Below are positions 38,701 through 48,322 of a DNA stretch of 64,000 nt, piece by piece. The DNA lies in contig CALUHC010000035.1 of the NCBI GenBank assembly GCA_944320355.1, positions 127,471 through 191,470 of the forward strand. The letters run 5' to 3'. The notes beneath the pieces are model-generated. The model had not been told where the DNA came from. It was given only the letters and a program-made list of their open reading frames with translations, and did not search any database. Source of the DNA: an uncultured Prevotella sp. (GTDB taxonomy: Bacteria; Bacteroidota; Bacteroidia; Bacteroidales; Bacteroidaceae). A program made the position numbers and the translations under genes. Every line of letters begins with the position of its first letter. Positions within the stretch are counted from its first letter, which is position 1.

Positions 38701-39997
38701 CATGGTGCCCTTTGCCGCAGCCTACGAGATGCCGTTCGACCGCAACATAGTGGACACCATAGTGACCAACCTGCTGAGCAACGCCATAAAATACACACCC
38801 AACGGCGGCACGGTGACGCTGCGGCTGGCCTTGGACGGCGGTATGCTGGCCGTCAAGGTGGAAGACAGCGGCCCGGGCATAAGCACCGAAGGGCAGGCCA
38901 ACCTGTTCAAACCGTTCATGCACGGCTACGCGAGCAGCGGCGGAATGGGCATCGGCCTCTACACGGCGAGGCAGATGGCGCGGGCACACAAGGGCGACCT
39001 GACATACAGCCACGATGCCGGAGGCACCACATTCACGGCCACGCTGCCGGCCGACGGCAGCCCCTACGCCCCCTCCGACTATGCCCAAAGCCCCACGACG
39101 CAGTCCGCCCGCACCGACGGCGGGGCCGACCTGCGCGAGCTGTTGCCCGCCCCGATGAACGACGCGAGGGTGGCAGTGGTGGAAGACGACACCGACATGG
39201 CCGAGCTGCTGCGCACCGAGTTGGGGCAATATTTCCACATATTAATATATAGCGACGGCCTGCAGGCCGTGGAGGCCGTGACCGCCGACCCGCCGCGACT
39301 GCTGATATGCGACATCGGCCTGCCCGGCATCGACGGATGCGAGGTGGTGCGCCGCCTGCGCAAAGACAGCCGAACGGCCCGCCTGCCCATAATAATGCTC
39401 ACGGCAATGGCCGACGAGGAGCACGCACTGCGCGCCTTCAAGGCCGGCGCCGACGACTGCACGGGCAAGCCGTGCAACATGAAAACGCTCGCGGCCAAGG
39501 TAGCAAGAATGATGGAGACAGCCGCCACACGCACGCACACCGAGCACGCCAGCCATGAGGAGACGCCCGCGACAAAGGCCGAAGCGCCCACTGCCACGAC
39601 GGGAAAGGTGGTGCTGACGCGCACGGACAAGACGCTGGCCGACGATATAAGGCGCGCCGTGGAAAGCCGTATGGCCGACCCCGGCCTGACAACGGAAGCC
39701 CTCGCCGAGGCTCTGCACATAAGCCGCACAAAGCTGAACTACAAGATGAAAGAGCTGTTCGGCACGTCGCCAAACAAGTACATAACCGACATGAGGATGC
39801 AAAAGGCCGCCGAGCTGCTGCGCTCGGAGCGGCTCACGGCCGCCGAAGTGGGCTACAAGGTGGGCATAGGCAACCGCTCGTACTTCTTCAAATGCTTCAA
39901 GGAGAAGTACGGGGTCACGCCGCTGCAATACGCAAAGGGCAAGCCCCTCACACGAGACTGTGTAGAAATGGGATTGAAAGGAGTTAACCGAAGTTAG
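35711..39997 (+). CDS. Hybrid two-component system sensor/regulator (HTCS)
   Basis: Beta-propeller repeats (DGLPSN), Y_Y_Y domain, TM, HELRTPL, NLLSNAIKYT, DSGPGI, receiver domain and AraC HTH; -7 box at 35647-35654. Confidence 0.95.
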   Translation: MTKKMLAIVLTAVIWAACLVPAKAQDGSAWRISSADGLPSNIVHDIAQDARGFVWIATTNGVCRYDGFHTVSLQNISCTDNDYIEGNISKVTPDGEAGLVWVRTSANIVACYDVAAERFVDYTARGDHNRPYARWIVGGGEAWLYGAGNGVRHVTRRDGHFLCTDYTGENGRLPDNSVEGVAADGAGNVWITTGKGTVVISRNGKCQAPLGRRRVIAARSDGRNMLVLDADGTLYAFDGRLRTVRRAANALPADIGTVKADCLWNGRWLLFTAAGTLALDIESLALAAPPELQLRGATICRDSTPGYIILSNTGGEVLILRPDGTADRLRLLEQSRTPTQRDTKIRAAAANGKLHIATNGNGLFVYDPARRAITRHITVDRDHSTMSNMLLSIVAAGDGTLLVGNEAAGVTCIPPPQQIAARYVLPAPGSDNDLANTVRMIARRPDGSMVISTKDNALHTFATPNIGITPAGSTKACAFSYFTDRRGSTYIGTRGDGLYVDGTRYSKESATHHIGSNDIFDITQDGRGRLWVATWEGGLLVADDGDARPLRFKAVLNRSADERRVRRVCIDGSGRLWAATCNGLYVADTRQPAIDNSSFRRFSRSDGSLPATNIICLIAARDGLLYIGGLGCGLIKARPDKTATRLEVEQITMADGLTNNNVRSIVEDRYGCIWAGTEEGLSRIDPRNNTVTSYRLSSMQAANVFAEGSAATTPDGTLVFGTFYGVLAVRPESVHEGGAPARRPAITAVTASGRTAVEGIALTTMAQSGSLSLPHDRNTIGISFSNMDFANAKSSFFMHRLDGVDEDWTLTTDNPHALYTNLTPGTYTFRCRAMTAGRPWSGDTVLTITIRQPWWNTWWAWLLYTAATAALAAYLYLMWLRGFRLRQQMAAERQMHEFRLGFFTQVAHELRTPLALIKGAADKLADEADRPPSRTALQTVRRGVGRLMRQVNSLMEFRRISTGGIRLAVEHGDVVRFVRDVFQDFWQAARRKDLSYTMVPFAAAYEMPFDRNIVDTIVTNLLSNAIKYTPNGGTVTLRLALDGGMLAVKVEDSGPGISTEGQANLFKPFMHGYASSGGMGIGLYTARQMARAHKGDLTYSHDAGGTTFTATLPADGSPYAPSDYAQSPTTQSARTDGGADLRELLPAPMNDARVAVVEDDTDMAELLRTELGQYFHILIYSDGLQAVEAVTADPPRLLICDIGLPGIDGCEVVRRLRKDSRTARLPIIMLTAMADEEHALRAFKAGADDCTGKPCNMKTLAAKVARMMETAATRTHTEHASHEETPATKAEAPTATTGKVVLTRTDKTLADDIRRAVESRMADPGLTTEALAEALHISRTKLNYKMKELFGTSPNKYITDMRMQKAAELLRSERLTAAEVGYKVGIGNRSYFFKCFKEKYGVTPLQYAKGKPLTRDCVEMGLKGVNRS

Positions 39998-40122
39998 ATG
40001 CCCTGTCGGTCATCGGGAGTTAACGGACAATAGTTTGGAAATCATAGGCAAAGCATTTGTCCTTTAACTTCTCAGCGAAACGAAGTGGAGCGATAACTTC
40101 TTATAACTCCTTTAACTTCCTA
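39972..40122. repeat. Inverted pair of family B units; the first contains the HTCS stop codon
   Basis: GGAGTTAACCGAAGTTAG..GGAGTTAACGGACAATAG and CAAAGCATTTGTCCTTTAACTTC. Confidence 0.85.
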
Positions 40123-40143
40123 AGAAGTGCCAAACAGAGCCCT

Positions 40144-40853
40144 CTACTCCACGTGCACCCTGTACCTCAACCACACAACGCCGTGGCCGACCTCCTCAAC
40201 GGAGAGCAGTTCGAGCCGCTGTCGGGGCGCGGCGCAGCTGTCGGGGCCTGTGTACTCGAAGATGGAAGGCGACGAGGCCAGCCCGTCGATGCCCGGATAG
40301 ACCACGAGGCTAAGCTCGCTTATCAGCCCGGCATGGAGGAAAGCCCCGTCTATTATGCCGCCGCCCTGCAACGAAATCACCCTTACGCCAAACTCATCGC
40401 AAAGGGTCTGCATGGCCGAGCGCAGGTCGGCGCCGCGCTCTCCGGCAAAAAGGTACGATATGTTCATGGCGCGCAGGTGGGCCAGATAGTCGGCCGGAGC
40501 CGTCGTGGGCAGTATCACGGCAATGTCGTCGCCCCTCACCGCAGACGCCGTGTAGAGAATATCGGCGTCTGGGTCGGCCACGATGAACAGACGCTCAGAC
40601 GCGCGACGCGCCTTGAAGCAAACCGGATCAGCCTCAGGGGCGGCTTCTCCGGCAACGAACTTCTCTGGAAAGAAACCCTCGCACAACGTATTCTTGCCGA
40701 ACATCCATGCGTCTGTGGGAGCCTGCGACCCAAGGCCGGATAGACGGCCATCACCCCGGCACTGTCAGCAGAGCCATACGGCGGCGTCCACCGCCCGGGC
40801 AACAGCCTGCCGTCGACCGAGCCCATGATATGGCAAATGATTTTAGGTAACAT
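40144..40853 (-). pseudogene. RibD C-terminal/DHFR-like reductase with a single-base frameshift near 40718
   Basis: MLPKIICHIMGSVDGRL...LGRRL continues in another frame as TDAWMFGKNT...LQGGGIIDGAFL. Confidence 0.8.
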
Positions 40854-41008
40854 ATTGTATATTGTTTTACGCGGTGCAAATGTAAGCAAAATCCGCGACA
40901 CAGACAGACAACCAAACCACCTAATCCAGGCGGATGTGAGAAAACGACCACACTCATTGACACCGGCGCGGCGACAGCCGCCAAGCCCATGCGCGCCGCA
41001 CCACAACC

Positions 41009-41183
41009 TTGTTTTTTGACATTCGCCAAGCGGCCCGCGCCACCCCCATAACTCATTGACAGTCAGTGGGGTTATGAAACGTGCCGTTTTGGCCTCCAAA
41101 ACGACCCGTTTCATCGCCTAAAACGGCACGTTTCAGGACGCGAAACGGCACGTTTCATAACACCACTGTGCGTCAAGCTATTA
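41009..41183. repeat. Family A element with terminal motifs on both sides in inverted orientation
   Basis: Left TAACTCATTGACAGTCAGTGGGGTTAT; right ATAACACCACTGTGCGTCAAGCTATTA; interior nearly identical to the 11481 copy. Confidence 0.88.
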
Positions 41184-41659
41184 ACCAAGACAGACAGTAT
41201 TAATGGCTTTAACATAAAAAAGGTTGAAAAGAAAAGATTGCCGGAAGAGCTTCGATGTGTATAAAGCGAAGGCGGCAGACGACAGCGAGGAGAATTAAGT
41301 GACGCCCTTCCTGTATCAGTCAAATGATATTCAAGAAGACAAGATGATGCCGAATGCCGTTTTGCAAAACAGTGATTGAATTTTGACGAGCAAAATATTG
41401 GACAAACAAAAAAATAACAATCAATAATCGTTTTATACTGAATAATTTACGTAATTTTGCAGACAAATGTCCATCTCTTGCCAAAAGGGCTACGTATTTC
41501 TCTCCAATTCAAGCGTATTCATAGAAAAAAAGAAACAAACAGCAAGTTTTCCAACAAAAAGATCCTTGTAGATCGAGGTATCGGGTACTGGTATTCGTGG
41601 TGCATTTGGCAAAAAGCTTAAGAAAGAAATGGCATATCACAAATAAAATAAAGTCAATC

Positions 41660-42544
41660 ATGTTGAGCAAACTGAACAAAAAAGGGCTGTACAATCTTGT
41701 ATTCGGAACATATCGGACTGTAGATTACTTCTTCTCTTCACTATTTCCTGTGCGTATGCCAAAGCCGAACGAAAATGTGGAAATAGATGTCGTAGTGCCG
41801 GCGGTGGCTAAGGACACAGACACACTGCCCGCTTGCATTGAAGGTATTAGAGCGAACGTGGCCAACAAAATAGGCTGTATTTATCTTGTGGCCCCACGCG
41901 GCCAAGGCCTTGAGGAAACGGCCAAAGCCTTAGACTTGACTTTTGTCCACGAGAAAGACGTGCTCGGATATGGTCCAGATGACATTGAGTACGTAAATGG
42001 AGGATACAACCGCAGCGGCTGGATATTCCAACAAATGCTCAAGCTTTCGGGTAACATCGGCACCAAGCGCTATTATCTTACGGTTGATGCCGACCACATA
42101 ATATTACGCCCACATACCTTTTTAGACGAGGGGGGGCGCAGTGTCTTCTATGTGTCTAAGGAGTATTATTATCCGTATTATACATCTTTTAAACACCTGT
42201 TCGGCCGTTTTCCTTACCAGCGGCTATCCTACGTAGCTCACAAGATGATGTTCGACAAGCAACGCCTCGCGCTACTGAAACAATGCATAGAGCAGCGTTC
42301 GGGAATGCGTTGGGACGAAGCGATTATCAACTTACTCAAGTCCGATGAGACGCTATCATTCTCCGAATTTGAGACTTACGGCAACTTATTCCCAAAAAGC
42401 GAAAAGACAAGGATATCTTGGAGGGAAAAAACACTGTGCAAGACAGACGGTACATCATACGATTTCGACGCACTTAGAAACACGTTTTCGGGGAAATACC
42501 TTTCAGTAACGTTGCCTTATTATAAGAAAGTCACAACCTGCTGA
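41660..42544 (+). CDS. GT-A-like protein (DUF6492-like), low GC
   Basis: IDVVVP..KD, GWIFQQMLKL, DAD, HKMMF and SEFETYG motifs. Confidence 0.7.
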   Translation: MLSKLNKKGLYNLVFGTYRTVDYFFSSLFPVRMPKPNENVEIDVVVPAVAKDTDTLPACIEGIRANVANKIGCIYLVAPRGQGLEETAKALDLTFVHEKDVLGYGPDDIEYVNGGYNRSGWIFQQMLKLSGNIGTKRYYLTVDADHIILRPHTFLDEGGRSVFYVSKEYYYPYYTSFKHLFGRFPYQRLSYVAHKMMFDKQRLALLKQCIEQRSGMRWDEAIINLLKSDETLSFSEFETYGNLFPKSEKTRISWREKTLCKTDGTSYDFDALRNTFSGKYLSVTLPYYKKVTTC

Positions 42545-43457
42545 GCATCCTCTTGCGCTCTTCTTCCGAGTATTCCCTGTTGAACTGCTCGCGCGTGCGC
42601 TTCCACCTGTTGTGGCTCCACAGCCAGAACTGCGGCGCGCGGCGTATGCTCGCCTCAAGCAGGCGGAAGTATTCCTTGGTGAAGTGGAACTTCACGTAGC
42701 CACCTTCGGGCATCGGCAGTTTCTTGAAAGTGCAGACATAATAGCCCCGCCGCGGACGGGCAATGTCGGCATAAAACACTTCCGCGTCAGTCATCACAGT
42801 GATTTTCTCAGCCCCGGTGAACACGGGCGTGTCATGGTTCAGGAAGTCCACCCAGCAGTGAACGTTGTGGAGGCCCGGCACTTGGTCGGCAATGTAGCCC
42901 ACGGTGTTGGGCTTTCCCTGCTTCTTCCAAGTCAGGATGGTGCGGAACGACTTGTCCATCTCTATGTTCACGCAGCCAAACCTGCTGCGCAAACGCTGGA
43001 AAACCATGTCAACACCGCTGTTCTCCAACGGATGGTATATCTGCGAGCAGATGCCGTCCTTGACCAGCAGGGGCAGCGACGTTATCCACTCCCAGTTGCA
43101 GTAGTGGCCGAGATAGAGCGAGCAGGCCTTGCCCTGAGACATACTTTCGGCTATCTGCTCATACCCGACAAACGTCATCCGCCTCATTATGTTGCTCTTG
43201 CTCACGGTGAAAAGCTTGATTGTCTCAACGAAATAGTCGCACAGCCAGGCGTAGAAGCCCTTCTCTATCCGCACTATCTCCGCCTCCGTCTTCTCGGGAA
43301 ATGAGTCCGAGAGGTTCTTGCGCACCAGCGGGCGGCGGTAGCGCACGGCGTAGTACAATATGTAATACAGCCCGTCCGAGATTCTGTACAGCACCCAGAA
43401 CGGCAGCAAAGACACCAGATAGAAGACGGCGTATGTGATGTTGTAGGCCAGGTTCAT
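42531..43457 (-). CDS. Lipid A secondary acyltransferase (LpxL/HtrB family)
   Basis: GHYCNWEW, IADQ and PQFWLWSHNRWK motifs. Confidence 0.92.
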   Translation of the reverse strand: MNLAYNITYAVFYLVSLLPFWVLYRISDGLYYILYYAVRYRRPLVRKNLSDSFPEKTEAEIVRIEKGFYAWLCDYFVETIKLFTVSKSNIMRRMTFVGYEQIAESMSQGKACSLYLGHYCNWEWITSLPLLVKDGICSQIYHPLENSGVDMVFQRLRSRFGCVNIEMDKSFRTILTWKKQGKPNTVGYIADQVPGLHNVHCWVDFLNHDTPVFTGAEKITVMTDAEVFYADIARPRRGYYVCTFKKLPMPEGGYVKFHFTKEYFRLLEASIRRAPQFWLWSHNRWKRTREQFNREYSEEERKRMLSRL

Positions 43458-43464
43458 CGTTGTT

Positions 43465-44442
43465 TCATTTGTCGTTATCCGTAAGCCCGCGCAGTGCCCT
43501 CACCTCGTCTGTTGTCAGCCCGGTGGCTTTCCGCACGGTTTCGTCGTCCATTCCCAAAGACATCAGCCTCATTGCCGTGTCCCGTTTCTCTTTGCTCGCG
43601 CCGAGAGCCATGCCCTCGGCCTTGCCTTCTGCCCTGCCTTCAGCCAGGCCTTCGGCTCTTCCCTCAGCCCTTCCCTCGGCCTTTCCCACGGCTCTTCCCT
43701 CGGCCAGGCCTTCGGCTTTGGCCGTGCCTATCACGTCGTTCTGTATCATTATGGCGTTGATGTGCTCGTCGTATGCGTGGCGTTCGGCCGGTGTCATGTT
43801 GTAGTAGCGCAAGCGTTCGCGTGCCTCGCCCAGCCCGGGAGCCGTGGCTTCGGGGCTTATCTCGCCCGTCTTGAGGTACTTCACCCACTGCTCCAGCGGG
43901 GTCTTGGCCACCTTGTTGAACTCGTTGACGCGTATCAGGAAGTATTCAGGGAATATGTCGGCCGGGCTTTTGCGCACTATCGCGTCGCGCTGCCGCGCCG
44001 TCACCTGCAGCTCGTCGCCCGTATGCACGCCAACGAAGCGCGCCGTGCCGTGGTAAAGGTAGTCGCTGCCCTTGCCGATGTCGAAGTAGAGGATGCTTAT
44101 CGACACCACTTTCTTCACCTTGCCGTATGTGTCGCCCAGCGATATGTGCTCCGTTATGGCCTTGGCCACGCCGTACAGTATGCGCTCCAGGTAGTATATC
44201 TCGCGGGTGTTCTGCACCTCCACGATGATTATCTCGCCCTTGCTGTCCTTGGCCTTTATGTCCACGCGGTTGAACTTGTCGTCCTCGCTGAGCTGGTTGC
44301 CCTCGCTCTCCAGCAGCTCCACGATGGTCATCTTCTCGCCGAGCAGCACGGTGAGCAGCCCTTCGAGCACGCCGAAGTTGGCCTTGTCGCGCAGCATCCG
44401 CTTCATGGCCCAGTCAAAACGTATGTACCTTTCTCTCTCCAT
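43465..44442 (-). CDS. Rpn-family PD-(D/E)XK nuclease (PDDEXK_2) with C-terminal (G-x-A-E)n repeats
   Basis: RFDWAMK, RVDIKA, IVEVQ and RILYG motifs; AEGR repeats; terminal HTH ATGLT; -7 box at 44505-44512. Confidence 0.92.
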   Translation of the reverse strand: MERERYIRFDWAMKRMLRDKANFGVLEGLLTVLLGEKMTIVELLESEGNQLSEDDKFNRVDIKAKDSKGEIIIVEVQNTREIYYLERILYGVAKAITEHISLGDTYGKVKKVVSISILYFDIGKGSDYLYHGTARFVGVHTGDELQVTARQRDAIVRKSPADIFPEYFLIRVNEFNKVAKTPLEQWVKYLKTGEISPEATAPGLGEARERLRYYNMTPAERHAYDEHINAIMIQNDVIGTAKAEGLAEGRAVGKAEGRAEGRAEGLAEGRAEGKAEGMALGASKEKRDTAMRLMSLGMDDETVRKATGLTTDEVRALRGLTDNDK

Positions 44443-44904
44443 AAGCATATAGCTTTAGCGTGGCCGGCACACACTTGAATGCCACGGGCATCCCGGTCAC
44501 GTTGCAAAGATAAGGATAATATTTGGAATATGCAAGCGCTCAAGCCTGTCTGCAGCAAGCCGCAGGCCTCAAAGTGGCAAAATGTGGCACAGGCACTGCA
44601 TGGCATAGTGTCATCAGCCCGTGCCACTCCGGCAAAGGCGGCAGCCTGTCTGTGCGGCAACAGCACGAAGTATTTTGGGCTCTGACGGCCGGTCTCTGTT
44701 AAAAAATAATGAACTGCGGCGGCCCGGTTTTTTCCGAAACTTAGACAAACGGAAATCGCGAAACAGAGCGGGATGGGCGTATGGGGAGACCTGCGCGACA
44801 TAGATTCCTGCCTTGCCAACCGTGTTTTTTGGCACGAAACAGGCGCGAACGCCACCCGCCGAGCCTCTTACGCCCTTCTGGAGGCCATTTCCAGCCCCTC
44901 AATC

Positions 44905-45055
44905 TGCCCCATATCGCGATGCGAAACGGCGCGTTTCGCATTGCAAAGCAGGCTGTTTGGCAACATGAAACAGGCCGTTTGGCTGCCAAACGCGCCTCGT
45001 TCTGTTGCACAGTTCTCCCCATACCTCCTTTACATCCGTGATTTTCAGCCACTTA
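44905..45055. repeat. Family A element, degenerate
   Basis: GAAACGGCGCGTTTC..AAAGCAGGCTGTTTG..GAAACAGGCCGTTTG at 22-bp spacing. Confidence 0.65.
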
Positions 45056-45333
45056 CCTTTGCACACTCATTTTGCCCATATTTGCGCTCACACGGCCTTC
45101 TCGCCACGAAAACGCCGAAAATGAGCGCGTTTCACGGTGTTCGGTTCCTGCGTCGCGCCCCTGTTGTTTAACATTTATTTGCGTTCCGCCTATTCCGCTT
45201 TTCTTTCCCGTTCTGTAAAAGTGGTGCATCAATCCGTAATGTGTGTATCGGCAGACAGGCCGTTTCGACTTACCTTTGCACAGTGAAACAAAAGAAGAAA
45301 CAAAGGATGAAACACATGACAAAACCACATAAC

Positions 45334-45885
45334 ATGAAGACAAGAATCACTATCATGGCGGCATTGCTCATGCTGGCAATCGCCGCCCACGCCCAGAGCG
45401 GCAAACAGGAGAGCGCAAACAGGATACTCGTGGCCTACTTAAGCTGGGGCGGCAACACGCAGCACGTGGCCGAGTACATAGCCCGGCAGACCGGCGGAAC
45501 GCTGTTCCGCATAGAGCCGGCCAAGCCTTATCCCACGGAATACAAGCCGTGCACCGAGGTGGCCAAGCAGGAGAAAGAGGAGGGCGCCCGCCCCGCCATC
45601 AAGAACCGGGTGGCCGACTGGGACCAATATGACACGGTTTTCATCGGCTGTCCCGTGTGGTGGTGGACCGCTCCGATGATTATCAACACCTTCGCAGAGA
45701 GCTATGACTTCAAGGGAAAGACCGTTGTGCCTTTCTGCACCTACGCCTCCACCTACCGCGACGAGACCCTCGCCCGCATAGCGGAGCTGACACCGGCGGC
45801 CAACCACCTCAAAGGCTTCGGCGCGGTGGACCGCAACACCGAGGCCATAGCGCAGTGGCTGAAGGACATAAAGGTAATAAAGTGA
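45334..45885 (+). CDS. Flavodoxin (Flavodoxin_4 type), exported
   Basis: ILVAYLSWGGNT, YDTVFIGCPVWW and GKTVVPFCT motifs; -7 box at 45271-45278. Confidence 0.9.
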   Translation: MKTRITIMAALLMLAIAAHAQSGKQESANRILVAYLSWGGNTQHVAEYIARQTGGTLFRIEPAKPYPTEYKPCTEVAKQEKEEGARPAIKNRVADWDQYDTVFIGCPVWWWTAPMIINTFAESYDFKGKTVVPFCTYASTYRDETLARIAELTPAANHLKGFGAVDRNTEAIAQWLKDIKVIK

Positions 45886-45902
45886 GGTGGAGGAACTGCC
45901 GT

Positions 45903-46568
45903 ATGAAAGCATATATTGCCCTCATCGCACTGACAGGCGCGCTCGCCCTCGCATCGTGCGGCGGCGACGATGACAACGAAACGGCCGCCCCGCCCGCCGA
46001 AGAGGTGGTGGGCGGCACCAATCACAGCGTGCTCATAGCCTACTTCTCCGAGCCTCTGCCCGACAACGGGGTCGATGCCGCCACGTCGGCCAGCCGCCTC
46101 ACGATAGACGGCACGACGTATGGCAGCGTGCAGTTTGTGGCCTCCATAATACAGGAAGCCACGGGCGGCGACATGATTCGCATACAGACGGCCACGCTCT
46201 ACCCCACTGACTACACGTCACTGGCGGCACAGGCCGACACCGAACGGCGCGACGGCATCCACCACGAGCTGGCCACGGAGATTGAAAACTTTGCCGACTA
46301 CGACGTGGTGTTCGTGGGCTACCCCATCTGGTGGTACCAGTTGCCGATGCCGCTCTACTCGTTCTTCGACAAGTTCGACTTCGCCGGTAAGACCATCATA
46401 CCCTTCTCCACCCACGGAGGCAGCGGCTGGTCGGGCACGGTGACAGCCATATCGCAGATGGAACCCGAGGCAACGATGGTGACGGGCTATAGCATTTCGC
46501 GCAACAGCGTGGCCGGAGCTGCCGACGACATACGCGCGTGGCTGCAGCGCATAGGCATGGCGGAGTGA
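45903..46568 (+). CDS. Flavodoxin lipoprotein
   Basis: Lipobox LASC; LIAYFS, YDVVFVGYPIWW and PFSTHGGSG motifs. Confidence 0.9.
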   Translation: MKAYIALIALTGALALASCGGDDDNETAAPPAEEVVGGTNHSVLIAYFSEPLPDNGVDAATSASRLTIDGTTYGSVQFVASIIQEATGGDMIRIQTATLYPTDYTSLAAQADTERRDGIHHELATEIENFADYDVVFVGYPIWWYQLPMPLYSFFDKFDFAGKTIIPFSTHGGSGWSGTVTAISQMEPEATMVTGYSISRNSVAGAADDIRAWLQRIGMAE

Positions 46569-46793
46569 ACTAACGGCTGTGCGCAGGCCAACGTCAGCCT
46601 CCGCGCTGCCATCATTTATAATGCAATACAAGTGTCTGCAAACATCATAAAGGCTGTGGAGTGAGCGATTTCACAAAGCTGTTTTTCGCTGTGCCAAACA
46701 ACACGAGTCTTGACTCCTTAACTCCATTTTACACCTTTAACGCCTTAGAATAGGTACATTGCGGATGCTCATTAATGTAAACATAAACAGACA

Positions 46794-47948
46794 ATGTACA
46801 ATTTCAACTATCAGTACCCCGTGCGCCAACACTTTGGCAGGGGTTGCGCCGAGGGCGCGGTGAAGGAAGAGCTGGCCCGCGTGGGCCGCAAGGTGATGCT
46901 GGCCTACGGCGGCGGCTCGATAAAGCGCAACGGACTGTACGACCGTGTGCGCGGCTGGCTGGCCGACTGCGACAAGGAGGTGACCGACTTCGGCGGCATA
47001 ATGCCCAACCCCACATACGCCAAGGTGCAGGAGGGCGCGCGCCTTGCCCGCGAGCGGGGCGTGGAGTTCATACTCGCCGTGGGCGGCGGCTCGGTGATAG
47101 ACTGCTGCAAGATAATATCGGCACAGGCCTGCACAGACACCGACATCTGGGAAATGCAGTACTCGGAGCACCGCCTGCCCACGGAGTTCCTGCCCATGGG
47201 AGCCGTGGTAACGGCCTCGGGCACGGGCGCGGAGCAGAACAACGGGGCTGTGATAACCCACGAGGCGAAGCGGCTCAAGCAGCCGCTTGTGGGCGCGTAC
47301 CACTCGTTTGCCGTGCTCGACAGCGACCTCACGAAGTCTCTACCCATGCGCCAGGTGGTCAGCGGAGCCTTCGACACGCTGAGCCATTGCATGGAAACAT
47401 ACATGGGCAGGCCGCTATCGACCAACCTCTCGGACGAAATCAACGAGGCGGTGATGCGCAACGTCATCACCAACCTGCGCGCGCTGATTGCCAATCCGGC
47501 CGACGACTTCGCCCGCGGAGAGCTTATGTGGGCCTCGGCACTGGCAGAGAACAGCCTGCTGAAGCTCGGAAAGCAGACCGACTTCCAGTGCCACATGCTC
47601 GAACACGCCGTGGGCGCGCTCACCGACTGCAACCACGGGCAGGGCCTGGCGGTGATTCATCCGGTGCTGTACCGCCACCTCCTCGCCGACGGAAAGGCCA
47701 AGCTGGCCCGCATGGCGCGGCAAGTGTGGGGGCGCGACGCCGCCACCGACGGCGAGGCGGCCGCCCTCTGCATAGACTCGCTGCAGGCTTTCATAAAGGA
47801 GACAGGCCTGCCCACGCGCTGGAGCGAGATGGGAATAACAGACGAGGCCGTGCTGCGCGAAGCCGCCGATGCGTGCATCATCACGCCGGGATGCTGCCAC
47901 AGGTTCAGCCACGACGAGCTGTTCGAGGTGCTGAAGGAGGGAATCTGA
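46794..47948 (+). CDS. Iron-containing alcohol dehydrogenase (BdhA/YqhD-like)
   Basis: YGGGSIK, PNP, AVGGGSVIDCCK, HMLEH and HGQGLA motifs. Confidence 0.93.
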   Translation: MYNFNYQYPVRQHFGRGCAEGAVKEELARVGRKVMLAYGGGSIKRNGLYDRVRGWLADCDKEVTDFGGIMPNPTYAKVQEGARLARERGVEFILAVGGGSVIDCCKIISAQACTDTDIWEMQYSEHRLPTEFLPMGAVVTASGTGAEQNNGAVITHEAKRLKQPLVGAYHSFAVLDSDLTKSLPMRQVVSGAFDTLSHCMETYMGRPLSTNLSDEINEAVMRNVITNLRALIANPADDFARGELMWASALAENSLLKLGKQTDFQCHMLEHAVGALTDCNHGQGLAVIHPVLYRHLLADGKAKLARMARQVWGRDAATDGEAAALCIDSLQAFIKETGLPTRWSEMGITDEAVLREAADACIITPGCCHRFSHDELFEVLKEGI

Positions 47949-47975
47949 CCGAAACCAACACATAAAACACAAAAT

Positions 47976-48194
47976 ATGAAGACATCAATCATAAACCAGC
48001 CCCTGCTGATGATGGCCGGCGGAAAGGCCGACACGTTCTACATGACGGAGCAATGCTACAGCAAGGCTACGGGAACACAGGACAAGGAACTGTTTCTCAT
48101 ACCCGGCGCAACGCACATACAGACCTACTGGGTGCCCGAGTATGTGGACCAGGCCGTGAGGAAGCTCACCGAGTTCTTCGGCAAAAGGCTGTGA
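47976..48194 (+). pseudogene. C-terminal remnant of an alpha/beta hydrolase
   Basis: INQPLLMMAG.KADT...KELFLIPGATHIQTY...LTEFF retains the Asp/His region but lacks the nucleophile region. Confidence 0.75.
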
Positions 48195-48203
48195 GAGAGG
48201 TTT

Positions 48204-48303
48204 TTCAGTGCAGAGTGCGGAGTGACGAGTGATGAGGTATGATTACCTTCAGTGCAGAGTGCGGAGTGAAGAGTGAAGAGGTATGATTACCTTCAGTGCA
48301 GAG
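48204..48303. repeat. 44-bp tandem repeat (about 2.3 copies) built from GAGTGAA-like 7-mers
   Basis: TTCAGTGCAGAGT at 48204, 48248 and 48292. Confidence 0.85.
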
Positions 48304-48322
48304 TTGCGTTATAGACAAGTCG

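Noticed and set aside
43465-44442. Rpn as the transposase mobilising the repeat families
   Set aside because: The 'transposase' label for this family is historical, and the gene is not flanked by terminal repeats.
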